NCBI GenBank assembly: GCA_036676495.1
Contig: JAKFCT010000001.1
Location: 13,526 to 77,525 of the forward strand
DNA: 64,000 nt
Direction of reading: 5' to 3'
Source of the DNA: Candidatus Sericytochromatia bacterium
GTDB taxonomy: Bacteria; Cyanobacteriota; Sericytochromatia; S15B-MN24; UBA4093
Position 1 is the first letter of the stretch; each line of letters begins with the position of its first letter. The notes under the pieces were generated by a model. That model had not been told where the DNA came from and made no database searches. It saw nothing but the letters and a program-made list of their open reading frames with translations. Positions 8,157 through 16,747 of the stretch are shown here, one piece after another. Both the position numbers and the translations under genes were made by a program.

Positions 8157-8443
8157 TCGCCGTTCTGGTAGCGCACGACGCGAAAGCCATGCTGCTCGAT
8201 GGTCTCGCAAATCTTCTTGGGCGCCACGAAATCCGGGTTGAACTTGACGGTGGCCGTGCCGCAAATGGGCTCGTCCGGGGGCTCGTCGATGGCGGGAGGA
8301 GAGGTGATCCGGGCGGCGACCACGCCGTCCACGGCCCGCAGCTCGTCGAGAAGGTTGCGGATACAGTGCTTGCACGTGAGGTCCTCGACCACCAGGGAGG
8401 TTTCCTTCAGGTGCTCGATACGATCCATCAAGCGGTCTTTCAT
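8153..8443 (-). CDS. Heavy-metal-associated (HMA) domain protein
   Basis: 96-aa ORF. LVVEDLTCKHCIRNLLDELRAVDGV has the CxxC metal-binding loop in its normal position, and an insertion precedes the last strands. Confidence 0.7.
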   Translation of the reverse strand: MKDRLMDRIEHLKETSLVVEDLTCKHCIRNLLDELRAVDGVVAARITSPPAIDEPPDEPICGTATVKFNPDFVAPKKICETIEQHGFRVVRYQNGD

Positions 8444-8579
8444 GGCGTCCTCCTTTCACCGCCACCCTACGCGGGCGCCTTCCGCTTTACAAGGCACGAT
8501 CGGGGCTCATTCCCAGCGATCGTCATCGCGGCGTTCCGGGAGGAGCGTTTCGAAGCGGGCGTCCGAATCTCCAAGCGAA

Positions 8580-8608
8580 ACGAGCTCCGGGCCAGGCCCG
8601 GAGCTCGT
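8580..8608 (-). terminator. Hairpin terminator downstream of the DUF2795 gene
   Basis: ACGAGCTCCGGGCC-A-GGCCCGGAGCTCGT palindrome. The minus-strand reading is followed by TTTCGCTT. Confidence 0.55.
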
Positions 8609-8616
8609 CGTGTCGC

Positions 8617-8964
8617 CTAGCGATTCTCGCCGGAAATCCCTTCGTCGCGGGCCTCTTCGCTCACGAAGTGGACCACCCCCGCCATGCTTTCGAACTCGTC
8701 GCGGTCCATCCGGTTGAAGATGGTCCGGAGGTTGATGGTCTTCTCCTTGGTCCAGTGGACTTCCTCGTGGCCCCGCACCTTGTCGAGAAGCGCCTGTTTG
8801 CTCGCCGGAAAATCCACGCCCTCGAGGGCCTGGGTCACGGCCGCCATGCCGTACCCTTCCCCCTTGGGCGGGCCGGGCTTCTCGTAGGGCACCTTCCACT
8901 CGCCCTCGCGCGTCCCATGCTCGCCCTTGAATTCATGTTTCGGCTCAAACTTCTTCTCCGCCAT
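8617..8964 (-). CDS. DUF2795 domain protein
   Basis: 115-aa ORF. AAVTQALEGVDFPASKQALLDKV matches the DUF2795 signature (GV-FPA-K--L). Confidence 0.75.
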   Translation of the reverse strand: MAEKKFEPKHEFKGEHGTREGEWKVPYEKPGPPKGEGYGMAAVTQALEGVDFPASKQALLDKVRGHEEVHWTKEKTINLRTIFNRMDRDEFESMAGVVHFVSEEARDEGISGENR

Positions 8965-9148
8965 CGGATCCTCCTTTCGGAAAGACGCCGAACCGCGCCC
9001 TCATTATAGAAGGCCGGATGAGGGGATCCAACACTCGGGGAGCGGATGGATTTCGCGCGGAGGGCCCGCAATTAACGCACTCTTAACGCAAACTTTGCGC
9101 CATAATGGCAGATAACTTGCTAGGTCCCACGTTGAAAGGAGAGTCCGC

Positions 9149-10339
9149 ATGCTTCGCTCGTCGCGTCTGGTCGCCGGCACCGTCATGCTGGCCGTCGCCG
9201 CCATCGTGGGATGTGGCCCCTCGCCCTTCGCCGCCCCCGTCGGCAGTCAGATCGACGGCAGCTTGAGCCTTCGCTCCACCGGCTACAAGGCCTTCTTCGG
9301 CATCCAACACACCCACGTCGCCGAGAACGGCGATGATGGCCAAGGCACCCTCGCGGAAGCCTATACCTACGCCCGCGACAAAGGCAAGCTCGACTTCCTG
9401 GGGATTTCCTCCCACTCGCACATGATCAGCGACGCCGGCTACGCCACGATGAAGCAGGCGGCCAAGGACTTCACCCAGTCGGGCAAGTTCGTGGCCTTGC
9501 TGGCCCAGGAGTGGAGCTCGATCTCGAAGGGCGGCCACATCAACATCTTCGAAGCCGACGAGCGCTGCCCGGTTCCGAACGGCGACTGGGCGACCTTCTA
9601 CACCAAGTGGCTGCCGGCCCACCCCGAGGTGGCCTGGGCCCAGTTCAACCATCCTCACCCCTCCAACCAGCTGGAGTTCGGCGGCGCGTCCTTCTCCCCC
9701 GTCGCCCCCGGCCCCGCCGCCGTCTCGGCCCTTCACAAGTTCGCGGGCATGGCCCTCCTGAACGGTCCCGGGAAGTACGAAGGCGAGGACATGAAGGGGC
9801 AACCCGACGACTGGGACCGCGGGGTCAACGGCCTCAATTACGAAGAGGAGTACAAGGAGTTCCTCAACCGCGGCTGGCGCATCGGTGCCGTGGGGGACCA
9901 GGACAACCACGTGAAGAACTGGGGGCTCGCCTCCCCGACCCGCACGGGCATCTGGGCTCCGTCGCTGACCAAGCAGAACGTGCTGGAGGCCTTCCAGGCG
10001 CGCCGGACCTACGCGACCTACGACCCGAACTTGCAGTTCTGGTTCAGCCTCGACGGCAAGCCGATGGGCTCCGAGATCCGGGCCGGCAAGGAGATCACCG
10101 TCGAGATTCAGGCGGCCGACCCGGATACGGCCTTCGAGCGCATCGAGCTCTACGGAGACACCGACGGCGTCGGCGGGCGGCCCGCCACCGTGATCAGCAA
10201 GGTCGCCGTGGGCAAGAAGGCCGCCAAGTGGACCTTCAAGATTCCCGCCCCGCAGGCGGAAGGCTATTACTTCGCCAAGCTCGTCTATGGCGATCGCACC
10301 GCCTGGGCCTGGACCAGCCCGGTCTGGGTCAGCCGTTAA
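9149..10339 (+). CDS. PHP-domain (CehA/McbA-like) metallohydrolase, lipoprotein
   Basis: 396-aa ORF. Signal peptide with lipobox AAIVGC. His clusters QHTHV, ISSHSHM and FNHPHP are typical of PHP phosphoesterases. Confidence 0.7.
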   Translation: MLRSSRLVAGTVMLAVAAIVGCGPSPFAAPVGSQIDGSLSLRSTGYKAFFGIQHTHVAENGDDGQGTLAEAYTYARDKGKLDFLGISSHSHMISDAGYATMKQAAKDFTQSGKFVALLAQEWSSISKGGHINIFEADERCPVPNGDWATFYTKWLPAHPEVAWAQFNHPHPSNQLEFGGASFSPVAPGPAAVSALHKFAGMALLNGPGKYEGEDMKGQPDDWDRGVNGLNYEEEYKEFLNRGWRIGAVGDQDNHVKNWGLASPTRTGIWAPSLTKQNVLEAFQARRTYATYDPNLQFWFSLDGKPMGSEIRAGKEITVEIQAADPDTAFERIELYGDTDGVGGRPATVISKVAVGKKAAKWTFKIPAPQAEGYYFAKLVYGDRTAWAWTSPVWVSR

Positions 10340-10361
10340 CCCGGCGACGACGCCATCGGTC

Positions 10362-10370
10362 TGGTATAAT
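10362..10370 (+). promoter_or_regulatory. Extended -10 promoter element
   Basis: TGgTATAAT, 39 nt upstream of ATG 10409. The -35 is weak. Confidence 0.4.
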
Positions 10371-10408
10371 CGGCGGGTTGCTCGTTTTCGATCACCCCCG
10401 AGGAGCCC

Positions 10409-10846
10409 ATGATGGATGCCACTCCCCCGATTCACCATGAACCGCCTCCCCGCCCGACCTTCGCCGTGGTCGCGGGGATTGGCAACTCCGACTGGGTCCA
10501 CGCCGGCCTCGACGGCAAGCTCGAGCGCTTCGGGGCCAAGCTCACCGTCGGCACCCTCGGCATGGCCCAAACCCTGAACCTCAGCGGCCGCTTCCATCCC
10601 TGGAACGACGGCGCCTTCGTCGAGGCCGGCGGATCCTGGATCCGGCTCTCCGCCCAATCCGATCGAACCCCTTCGACCTCCGACCTCCTGGCCTTCGTGG
10701 GGGTGGGCTGGCGTTTCGACGTGGGCCCATTCATGTCGATGCTCGCGATCGGCCCGAACCCCGTGGCTGCCAGCACCGGCACCCTCTTCAGCCAGACCTC
10801 GGCCTCCTTGCCCCGGGTCTCCGCTGAAGTCGGCTACACGTTCTAG
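10409..10846 (+). CDS. Hypothetical beta-rich protein ending in ...VGYTF
   Basis: 145-aa ORF with a GAGGAG RBS and strong GC3 bias. Alternating hydrophobic pattern and a C-terminal aromatic residue, but no signal peptide. Confidence 0.55.
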   Translation: MMDATPPIHHEPPPRPTFAVVAGIGNSDWVHAGLDGKLERFGAKLTVGTLGMAQTLNLSGRFHPWNDGAFVEAGGSWIRLSAQSDRTPSTSDLLAFVGVGWRFDVGPFMSMLAIGPNPVAASTGTLFSQTSASLPRVSAEVGYTF

Positions 10847-10855
10847 GAGGTTCGC

Positions 10856-11752
10856 ATGCGCCGCATCATCCTGAGTCTCGCCTTCCTCCTCTCGGGCTGC
10901 AGCACCGGGTACGTCATCAACGCCGGAGACCTTGACGACGGGAAGATCGCCAAGCAATCCGTGCTGGCCTCCGTCGACTTCGCCGGCCTCACCGCGGATC
11001 AGAAAGCCTCCGCCAAGGTCGCGGTCCTGGCGCACGGCTACTCTGCCAGCACCTACGAGATGCAGGCCCTCGAGGATCACCTGGAGAGCAAGGGCTTCCT
11101 GGTGTCGAACGTCCTGCTGGGAGGCCATGGCACCAACGTCGACGCGTTCGCCAAGACGACCTGGAAGGACTGGGGAAGTCCGCTCGTCAAGGAGTACAAG
11201 GCCCTCCACGATCAGGGGTTCCAGAACGTCTCGGTGGTCGGCGCCTCGACCGGAGGCTCGCTCTTCCTCGAGCTGCTGGCCTCCCAGCAACTGACCCCGG
11301 CCCCCAAGCGGGTGGTGCTGGTGGCGCCGCTGGTCATGTTCAAGGAGAAGGCGATCGCCTTCTCGGGACTCCTCGAATGGTTCGGCGCCAAGAGCTCTCC
11401 CAACAACCTGGGACAGAACGCGGTCGGAAACTGGTACCGAAACCGCCCCGTCTCGACCCTGAAGTCGCTGGTGGACCTGACGGAGGTGGTGAAGGGCCAG
11501 CTCCGCAGCGGCGTTACCTTGGATGCGTCCAGCAAGGCGCTCGTCATCCAGTCGGATCAGGATCCCACGGTGGATCCCGAGAGCGCGAAGCTGGTGCTCT
11601 CGGGCCTCAAGGGAAGCGCCGTGCTGCGGATGATCCACTCGACGCTGCATGTTCCCATCCGCCTGCCCCACGTCGACCGTCAATGGACGGATCAGGAAAT
11701 CGCCCAGCAGCAGGAGTTGCTCGCCGAGATCGAGCGCTTCATCTCCAACTAG
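10856..11752 (+). CDS. Alpha/beta hydrolase (esterase/lipase-like), lipoprotein
   Basis: 298-aa ORF. Lipobox LLSGCS, nucleophile elbow VVGASTGGS, and a C-terminal His region. Confidence 0.8.
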   Translation: MRRIILSLAFLLSGCSTGYVINAGDLDDGKIAKQSVLASVDFAGLTADQKASAKVAVLAHGYSASTYEMQALEDHLESKGFLVSNVLLGGHGTNVDAFAKTTWKDWGSPLVKEYKALHDQGFQNVSVVGASTGGSLFLELLASQQLTPAPKRVVLVAPLVMFKEKAIAFSGLLEWFGAKSSPNNLGQNAVGNWYRNRPVSTLKSLVDLTEVVKGQLRSGVTLDASSKALVIQSDQDPTVDPESAKLVLSGLKGSAVLRMIHSTLHVPIRLPHVDRQWTDQEIAQQQELLAEIERFISN

Positions 11753-11762
11753 AGGAGGACGG

Positions 11763-12221
11763 ATGATTCCACGCCGCATCGCACTCGCCCTCGGGACCGT
11801 CCTCGTGCTGGGGGCGGGCTTCGCCCTGGCGTACTCGTTCCCGCAGGTCTTCGCTCCCCCCGCGCCGGTCGACGCGGCCTCCCATGCCGACTACGAACCG
11901 CTCGCCCTGACCCCCCAAGAGGTCAAGGCCAAGCAGGCGAGCGGAGTGAAAGTGCTCCTCGCGGATGTCCGCGCGAAAAGCTCCTTCGAGCAAAAGCACA
12001 TCACCGGCGCGCGCTACATGCCGGCCTCCGAGAGCAGCAGCTGGGGCCCTCGCCTCGACGCCGGAGAGCTGGTGGTCTTCTACTGCAGCTGCCCGGACGA
12101 GGGTGCGAGCATCGCGACGGCGCGGGTCGCCGAGACCGAGCACGGGTTCAAGAACGTGGCCGTGCTCAAAGGCGGCTTGAAGGCCTGGGAAGCCGCCGGC
12201 TTCGCCGTCACGAAGCCCTAG
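11763..12221 (+). CDS. Rhodanese-domain sulfurtransferase with N-terminal TM/signal segment
   Basis: ATG 11763 follows GAGGAGGA inside ORF 11649..12221. The active-site loop VVFYCSCPDEGAS is present. Confidence 0.8.
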   Translation: MIPRRIALALGTVLVLGAGFALAYSFPQVFAPPAPVDAASHADYEPLALTPQEVKAKQASGVKVLLADVRAKSSFEQKHITGARYMPASESSSWGPRLDAGELVVFYCSCPDEGASIATARVAETEHGFKNVAVLKGGLKAWEAAGFAVTKP

Positions 12222-12251
12222 CCGGCGATCGCCCCGCGGCGAGAAAGTCCA

Positions 12252-12282
12252 AGCGCCCCCGCCAATGGCGGGGGCGCTTTTC
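12252..12282 (+). terminator. Rho-independent terminator
   Basis: AGCGCCCCCGCC-AAT-GGCGGGGGCGCT followed by TTTT, lying between convergent genes. Confidence 0.75.
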
Positions 12283-12294
12283 GGTACGGAGGCC

Positions 12295-13482
12295 TTACGA
12301 GGCGAGGATGTCCAGGGTGGCCTGGACCATGACCTGCACGCCGATAGGCAGGGCCTCCTCATCGATATCGAAGGCGGGGTGATGGTGGGGGTTCGTGAGG
12401 CCCTTCGCGGCGTTGGCGGATCCGACGAAGAAGTAGCAGCCGGGGACCTTCTGGAGGAAGTAGGCCATGTCCTCGCCCCCCATGGAGGCCTCGGCTTCGA
12501 CGACGTTCTCGAGTCCGACCGCCTTGGCGGCCGCATCCCGCACGAAGTCCGTGATGGTGGGATCGTTGATGGTGGCAGGGTAAACCCGATGGTACTCGAG
12601 CTGATAGTCGGCTCCCAGGGCGGTGGTGACGCCGCGAACGATTCGCTCGATCATGCCGGGGACGGCCTCCCCGATTTCCGGGTTGAACGTCCGCACGGTC
12701 CCGGTCATGGTGACCTCGTGGGCGATGATGTTGTGGCGCTCGCCGCCGTGGATGGTGCCGATGGTGACCACCGCGGACTCCAGGGGGGAGACCTGGCGGG
12801 CGACGACGTTTTGAAGGGCGGAGATCACCTGGCCAGCCACCGTGATGGCGTCCACCGAGAGATGGGGCATCGCGCCGTGGCCGCCGCGCCCCCGCAGGGT
12901 CAGGGTGAACTCGTCGGTGTTGGCCATGACGGGGCCGGATCGCACGCCGACCTGCCCGACCTCGAGCAGGTTCCAGACATGCAGGCCCAAGGCGGCGTCG
13001 ACCTTGGGGTTGAGGAGCACTCCCTCCTCGATCATCGGCAGCGCGCCGCCGGGGCCTTCCTCTGCCGGCTGGAAGACCAGTTTCACGACGCCGTCGAACT
13101 CCGCGCGGCGGGAGTGAAGGACCCGGGCCGTCGCCAGGAGCATGGCGGCATGGGCGTCATGGCCGCATGCGTGCATCTTGCCGTCATGGCGGGAGCGGTA
13201 GGGGACGTCGTTGAGTTCGGTCACCGGCAAGGCGTCGATATCGGCGCGCAAGAGCACGGTCTTACCGGGAAGCCGCCCACGGATGAGGGCCACGACGCCC
13301 GTCTTGGCGACGCCGGTTTGGATCTCGTCGATGCCGACCGCCCGGAGGGCCTCGACGATGCGACTGGCCGTCCGCTGCTCCTCGAAGCCGAGCTCGGGAA
13401 ACATGTGAAAGTCGCGACGTTCCTGGCTCATCTGGCCAGCGAGCGCCTTGACGTCATGGTCGAAAGCAAGAGCCATCCGCAT
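12295..13482 (-). CDS. M20-family amidohydrolase (N-acyl-L-amino acid amidohydrolase-like)
   Basis: Start is the internal ATG at 13482 after AAGGAGA. MHACGHDAH and FQPAEEG motifs are present. The 43-codon upstream extension in the track was rejected. Confidence 0.85.
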   Translation of the reverse strand: MRMALAFDHDVKALAGQMSQERRDFHMFPELGFEEQRTASRIVEALRAVGIDEIQTGVAKTGVVALIRGRLPGKTVLLRADIDALPVTELNDVPYRSRHDGKMHACGHDAHAAMLLATARVLHSRRAEFDGVVKLVFQPAEEGPGGALPMIEEGVLLNPKVDAALGLHVWNLLEVGQVGVRSGPVMANTDEFTLTLRGRGGHGAMPHLSVDAITVAGQVISALQNVVARQVSPLESAVVTIGTIHGGERHNIIAHEVTMTGTVRTFNPEIGEAVPGMIERIVRGVTTALGADYQLEYHRVYPATINDPTITDFVRDAAAKAVGLENVVEAEASMGGEDMAYFLQKVPGCYFFVGSANAAKGLTNPHHHPAFDIDEEALPIGVQVMVQATLDILAS

Positions 13483-13576
13483 CTCCTTTTCGAAGGGGGG
13501 GACAATCCAGTTTACCATTCGTCCTGTTTCCAGGCAGCCTTGCAGCCGCACGCGCGGCAGGAACTGCGAGATTCGC

Positions 13577-13605
13577 TTGAATGGGCGGGGGGGTTGGCGT
13601 AGAAT
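13577..13605 (+). promoter_or_regulatory. Sigma-70-like promoter for the ferredoxin gene
   Basis: TTGAAT, 17-nt spacer, TAGAAT, 58 nt upstream of ATG 13664. Confidence 0.55.
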
Positions 13606-13663
13606 TCTCATGTTCCCCCCTGTGGGAACCCAGCAATCAATTCAGCAAGGGGTTCGATTCACC

Positions 13664-13900
13664 ATGGCCGACAAATCATCAGCATTTCCCGATAACGTTC
13701 CCGGCAAGTACTACGTCGACGACACCTGCATCGTCTGCGGCGCCTGCGAAGCGGCCGCTCCCGATAACTTCAAGCTCTCCGACGACGGCAGCCACGACGT
13801 CGTTTACCAGCAGCCCCAGAACGAGGCCGAAGAAGAAGCCTGCCGCGAGGCCATGGAAGGCTGTCCGGTCGGCGCCATCGGCGACGACGGCGACGCGTAG
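13664..13900 (+). CDS. Ferredoxin (single 4Fe-4S cluster type)
   Basis: 78 aa from the internal ATG of ORF 13448..13900. YYVDDTCIVCGACEAAAP ... EGCPVGAI gives the CxxCxxC...CP cluster ligands. Confidence 0.8.
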   Translation: MADKSSAFPDNVPGKYYVDDTCIVCGACEAAAPDNFKLSDDGSHDVVYQQPQNEAEEEACREAMEGCPVGAIGDDGDA

Positions 13901-13945
13901 CGCGACGTTCCTTTCCCATCCAGCCGGGACGGCCGTCCCAGCGAC

Positions 13946-13968
13946 ACGCGGGGGCGATGCCCCCGCGT
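13946..13968. terminator. Hairpin between convergent genes
   Basis: ACGCGGGGGC-GAT-GCCCCCGCGT. There is no clear U tract on either strand. Confidence 0.4.
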
Positions 13969-13970
13969 TC

Positions 13971-14282
13971 TCACTCCGTGGAGTAAACCAGCTTCCCCAG
14001 GTCCCCGATCGACAGGCCGAACTTGCGGGCCGCCAGTTCCTTGGCCTCCCGCTGACTGAGCTCGAGCTGATCCGAGATGAACAAGAAGGGCCTGCGCATC
14101 AAGGGGTCGCCCTCCTCGCAGACGCAGGCCTCCAGGATGCGCCGGTTCGCCTCCGTGAAATGACCCGAGTTGCGGAAGAGGTCGCCGGTGAGCACGTTGA
14201 GGTAGTAGCCCTTGCGATCCCGGATCTCGGGGAAACTCAGGAAGTCCCCCTCCCCCACCATCTTGACGTTCAAGCGTGCCAT
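13971..14282 (-). CDS. Hypothetical protein (103 aa)
   Basis: Internal ATG 14282 follows AGGAGG. Sequence begins MARLNVKMVGEGDFLSFPEIRDRKGYYLNVLTGDLF... No family recognised. Confidence 0.55.
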   Translation of the reverse strand: MARLNVKMVGEGDFLSFPEIRDRKGYYLNVLTGDLFRNSGHFTEANRRILEACVCEEGDPLMRRPFLFISDQLELSQREAKELAARKFGLSIGDLGKLVYSTE

Positions 14283-14378
14283 AGGCCCCTCCTGTCTCCC
14301 ATTCCCTCGATGATAGGCGATGCGGCTTCCCCTACCAACAGACGAGGCATGGTCTCCGTGGCGGCCCGCGGAGAGGCT

Positions 14379-14387
14379 TGGTAGAAT
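14379..14387 (+). promoter_or_regulatory. Extended -10 promoter element
   Basis: TGgTAGAAT, 40 nt upstream of ATG 14427. Confidence 0.4.
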
Positions 14388-14426
14388 GGCGGGCACGCTC
14401 CCCCCCGTTACCGCAAAGGAGGCCGC

Positions 14427-15161
14427 ATGACCCGCGACGGCATGGCGCAATTGACCTGGCTCGGTCACTCCGCCTTCAAGTTAACGACCCCCACCGGGAA
14501 AACCCTGCTCATCGACCCGTGGGTCATGGGCAACCCGGCATGCCCCGAGCCCCTCAAAACGGTGGACGCTCTCGACGCGATGCTCATCACGCACGGCCAC
14601 TTCGACCATATCGGAGACGCCGTGGATCTGGGCAAGCGAACGGGCTGCGCCACAGTCGCCATCTTCGAGACGGCGCACTGGCTGGAAAAGAAGGGCCTCA
14701 CCGAGACCCGCGGCATGAACAAGGGCGGCACCCAGGAGGTGGCCGACGTCAAAGTCACCATGGTCTCGGCCGACCATTCCTGCGGCATCCTGGACGGAGA
14801 CCAGATCGTCTACGGCGGCGAGGCCGCGGGCTACGTCATCGAGCTTCCCGACGGCTTCACGATCTACCATGCCGGCGATACCAACGTTTTCGGAGACATG
14901 GCCCTGATTGGCGAGCTCTACCGCCCGGACGTCGCGCTCATTCCCATCGGGGGCCACTTCACGATGGGTCCCCGGGAAGCCGCCAAGGCCATCGAGCTGC
15001 TGGGAGTCAAGCAGGTCATCCCCATGCATCACGGCACCTTCCCGGCCCTCCGGGGAACCCCGAAAGCCCTGGCGGAGCTGACGCGCGAGCGCGGAGTGGC
15101 GGTCCATGGCCTCATGCCGGGCGAAACGTTCGTCGCCTCCCGCGCCAAAGCCACGCGCTAG
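14427..15161 (+). CDS. UPF0173-family metal-dependent hydrolase (metallo-beta-lactamase fold)
   Basis: 244-aa ORF. LTWLGHSAFKL, ITHGHFDHIGD and HAGDT motifs are present. AAGGAGG RBS. Confidence 0.85.
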   Translation: MTRDGMAQLTWLGHSAFKLTTPTGKTLLIDPWVMGNPACPEPLKTVDALDAMLITHGHFDHIGDAVDLGKRTGCATVAIFETAHWLEKKGLTETRGMNKGGTQEVADVKVTMVSADHSCGILDGDQIVYGGEAAGYVIELPDGFTIYHAGDTNVFGDMALIGELYRPDVALIPIGGHFTMGPREAAKAIELLGVKQVIPMHHGTFPALRGTPKALAELTRERGVAVHGLMPGETFVASRAKATR

Positions 15162-15246
15162 GCGAGCCTACCGCCTTGCGGTAAGATCGGCTCAAGGACA
15201 CGACGCGGCCCCGAGGTTCTCCTCGGGGCCCTTTAAGGGAGGCTCC

Positions 15247-15609
15247 ATGACCGTCACCGTGTACACCAAGAAGGGATGCAGCACGTGCACCCAGGCCCGG
15301 CGCTGGCTCCAGCAGAAGGGCGTCTCCTTCACCGAGCGGGAACTCTTCGAAGCCCCCCTCAGCGCCGATGAGATCCAGGCCATGCTAGGCGAACGTCCCG
15401 CGTCGGAGTTGCTGTCGACCAAAAGCCCCCGCTTCAAGGCGTTGGGCTTGGCAGGAAAAGCCCTGACGGACGCGGAGCGCATCCAGTGGATGGCGCAAGA
15501 GCTTTACTTGATTCGACGCCCCACGTTTCGGGTCGGCACGGATCTCATCATCGGGCTGGACAAAACGCGGCTGGAGGCCGCGATCCCATCCCCCCGGACC
15601 CCGCGCTGA
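15247..15609 (+). CDS. ArsC/Spx-family protein (YffB-like)
   Basis: ATG 15247 follows AAGGGAGG. MTVTVYTKKGCSTCTQARRWLQQKGVSF is the family N-terminus. Confidence 0.8.
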   Translation: MTVTVYTKKGCSTCTQARRWLQQKGVSFTERELFEAPLSADEIQAMLGERPASELLSTKSPRFKALGLAGKALTDAERIQWMAQELYLIRRPTFRVGTDLIIGLDKTRLEAAIPSPRTPR

Positions 15610-15613
15610 CGGC

Positions 15614-15647
15614 GTTGCGACCGGCAGTCTTCGCTGCCGGTCGCAAC
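15614..15647 (+). terminator. 14-bp perfect hairpin after the ArsC-family gene
   Basis: GTTGCGACCGGCAG-TCTTCG-CTGCCGGTCGCAAC. No U tract follows. Confidence 0.5.
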
Positions 15648-15873
15648 CGTCGCGGGGGCTCCCCCGCCGACCCCGCTCAAAGGCGCCAAGGAAGCGGATT
15701 CTGCCGCGGCTTTGGCGCCTTTGCACATGGGCAAACTAACCAAGTTTTCTCCCGAATTAGACTGAATACCGATCGAACGGCAGCAGGTTAAATTGAGAAC
15801 ACCAACCAAGCTAGGGGTTGGTCCAGCACCGCCGCATCGCTCTAGTACAGCTGTAGAAGAGAAGGAGAAAGCT

Positions 15874-16626
15874 ATGTCCCGCATCTCGTTCCTCGTCGCC
15901 GCCATCGCCGGAACCCTCGCCATCCAAGCCTGCGCCGTCCAGTCTCCCAGCGCCTCCAGCAGCAATCTCAGCTTGCCCGGCATCGAGCCGGTGGCCGCTT
16001 CGGCCACCCAGACGGGCACCGACGTCACGGTCAGCCTCGCGGGCACCAGTTACGCCACGCAGTACGTCAGCGGTGACATCGAGGAGATCCTGATCGGCCT
16101 CTATGACACGAACCCCGGCAACCCGGTCAACCCCGACTCGGCCGCCAACTTCGCCTTCTCGATCGGGGGTTGGCTCAAGACGGACAACGCCGCCGCCCAT
16201 CGGTTCACCGGCGTGGAGTACCCCGTGCCGTACTTCGATGACGTCCGCTACCTCTGTGGCCAAGACATCGACGATCCGACTTACCAGCTCCAGAACGGCC
16301 GCTACATGATCCGGCGCTTGACCAAGGCGGGTGGAGGCTTCACGTCGCCCACCGTCCACCAGGCCGTGACCTTCTACAACATTCCCGACGGCAACTACAA
16401 GGTCTTCGCGGTCGCTGCCAAGAGCGGCGTCCTGATCGGCCGCGACGTCAAGCCTCTCGACTTCGACGCCTCGGATCGCGTGTTCTATTCCGGCAACTCG
16501 GGCCGCAGCTACGTCCGCACCAACCTCGTGCCCGTGCTCAACCTCGTGCTCGATCCCAATCCGGATGTCGAATCGCACGTCGGCATCGAGGACGATGGCG
16601 CGAAGCCCAACTTCGGCAATCCTTAG
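15874..16626 (+). CDS. Hypothetical lipoprotein
   Basis: ATG 15874 follows GAAGGAGA inside ORF 15793..16626. Signal peptide MSRISFLVAAIAGTLAIQAC. Confidence 0.65.
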   Translation: MSRISFLVAAIAGTLAIQACAVQSPSASSSNLSLPGIEPVAASATQTGTDVTVSLAGTSYATQYVSGDIEEILIGLYDTNPGNPVNPDSAANFAFSIGGWLKTDNAAAHRFTGVEYPVPYFDDVRYLCGQDIDDPTYQLQNGRYMIRRLTKAGGGFTSPTVHQAVTFYNIPDGNYKVFAVAAKSGVLIGRDVKPLDFDASDRVFYSGNSGRSYVRTNLVPVLNLVLDPNPDVESHVGIEDDGAKPNFGNP

Positions 16627-16673
16627 TCGGCACTCCCCTGACGCCCCAAGCGGGCCAGAAGCGAAACGCCCAC

Positions 16674-16706
16674 TTCCCCCCGTTCCCGGCATGGGAACGG
16701 GGGGAA
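16674..16706. terminator. Bidirectional hairpin terminator
   Basis: TTCCCCCCGTTCCC-GGCAT-GGGAACGGGGGGAA, between convergent genes. Confidence 0.65.
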
Positions 16707-16747
16707 ACCGTATGACTGGGGCGGTGCGTCGGAGCGCGCGATTTTTA

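Noticed and set aside
9083-11779. 898-aa minus-strand ORF.
   Set aside because: It is antisense to three plus-strand genes with good SD sites and recognisable motifs (PHP hydrolase, alpha/beta hydrolase). Its translation is low complexity (G/R/A/D/L).
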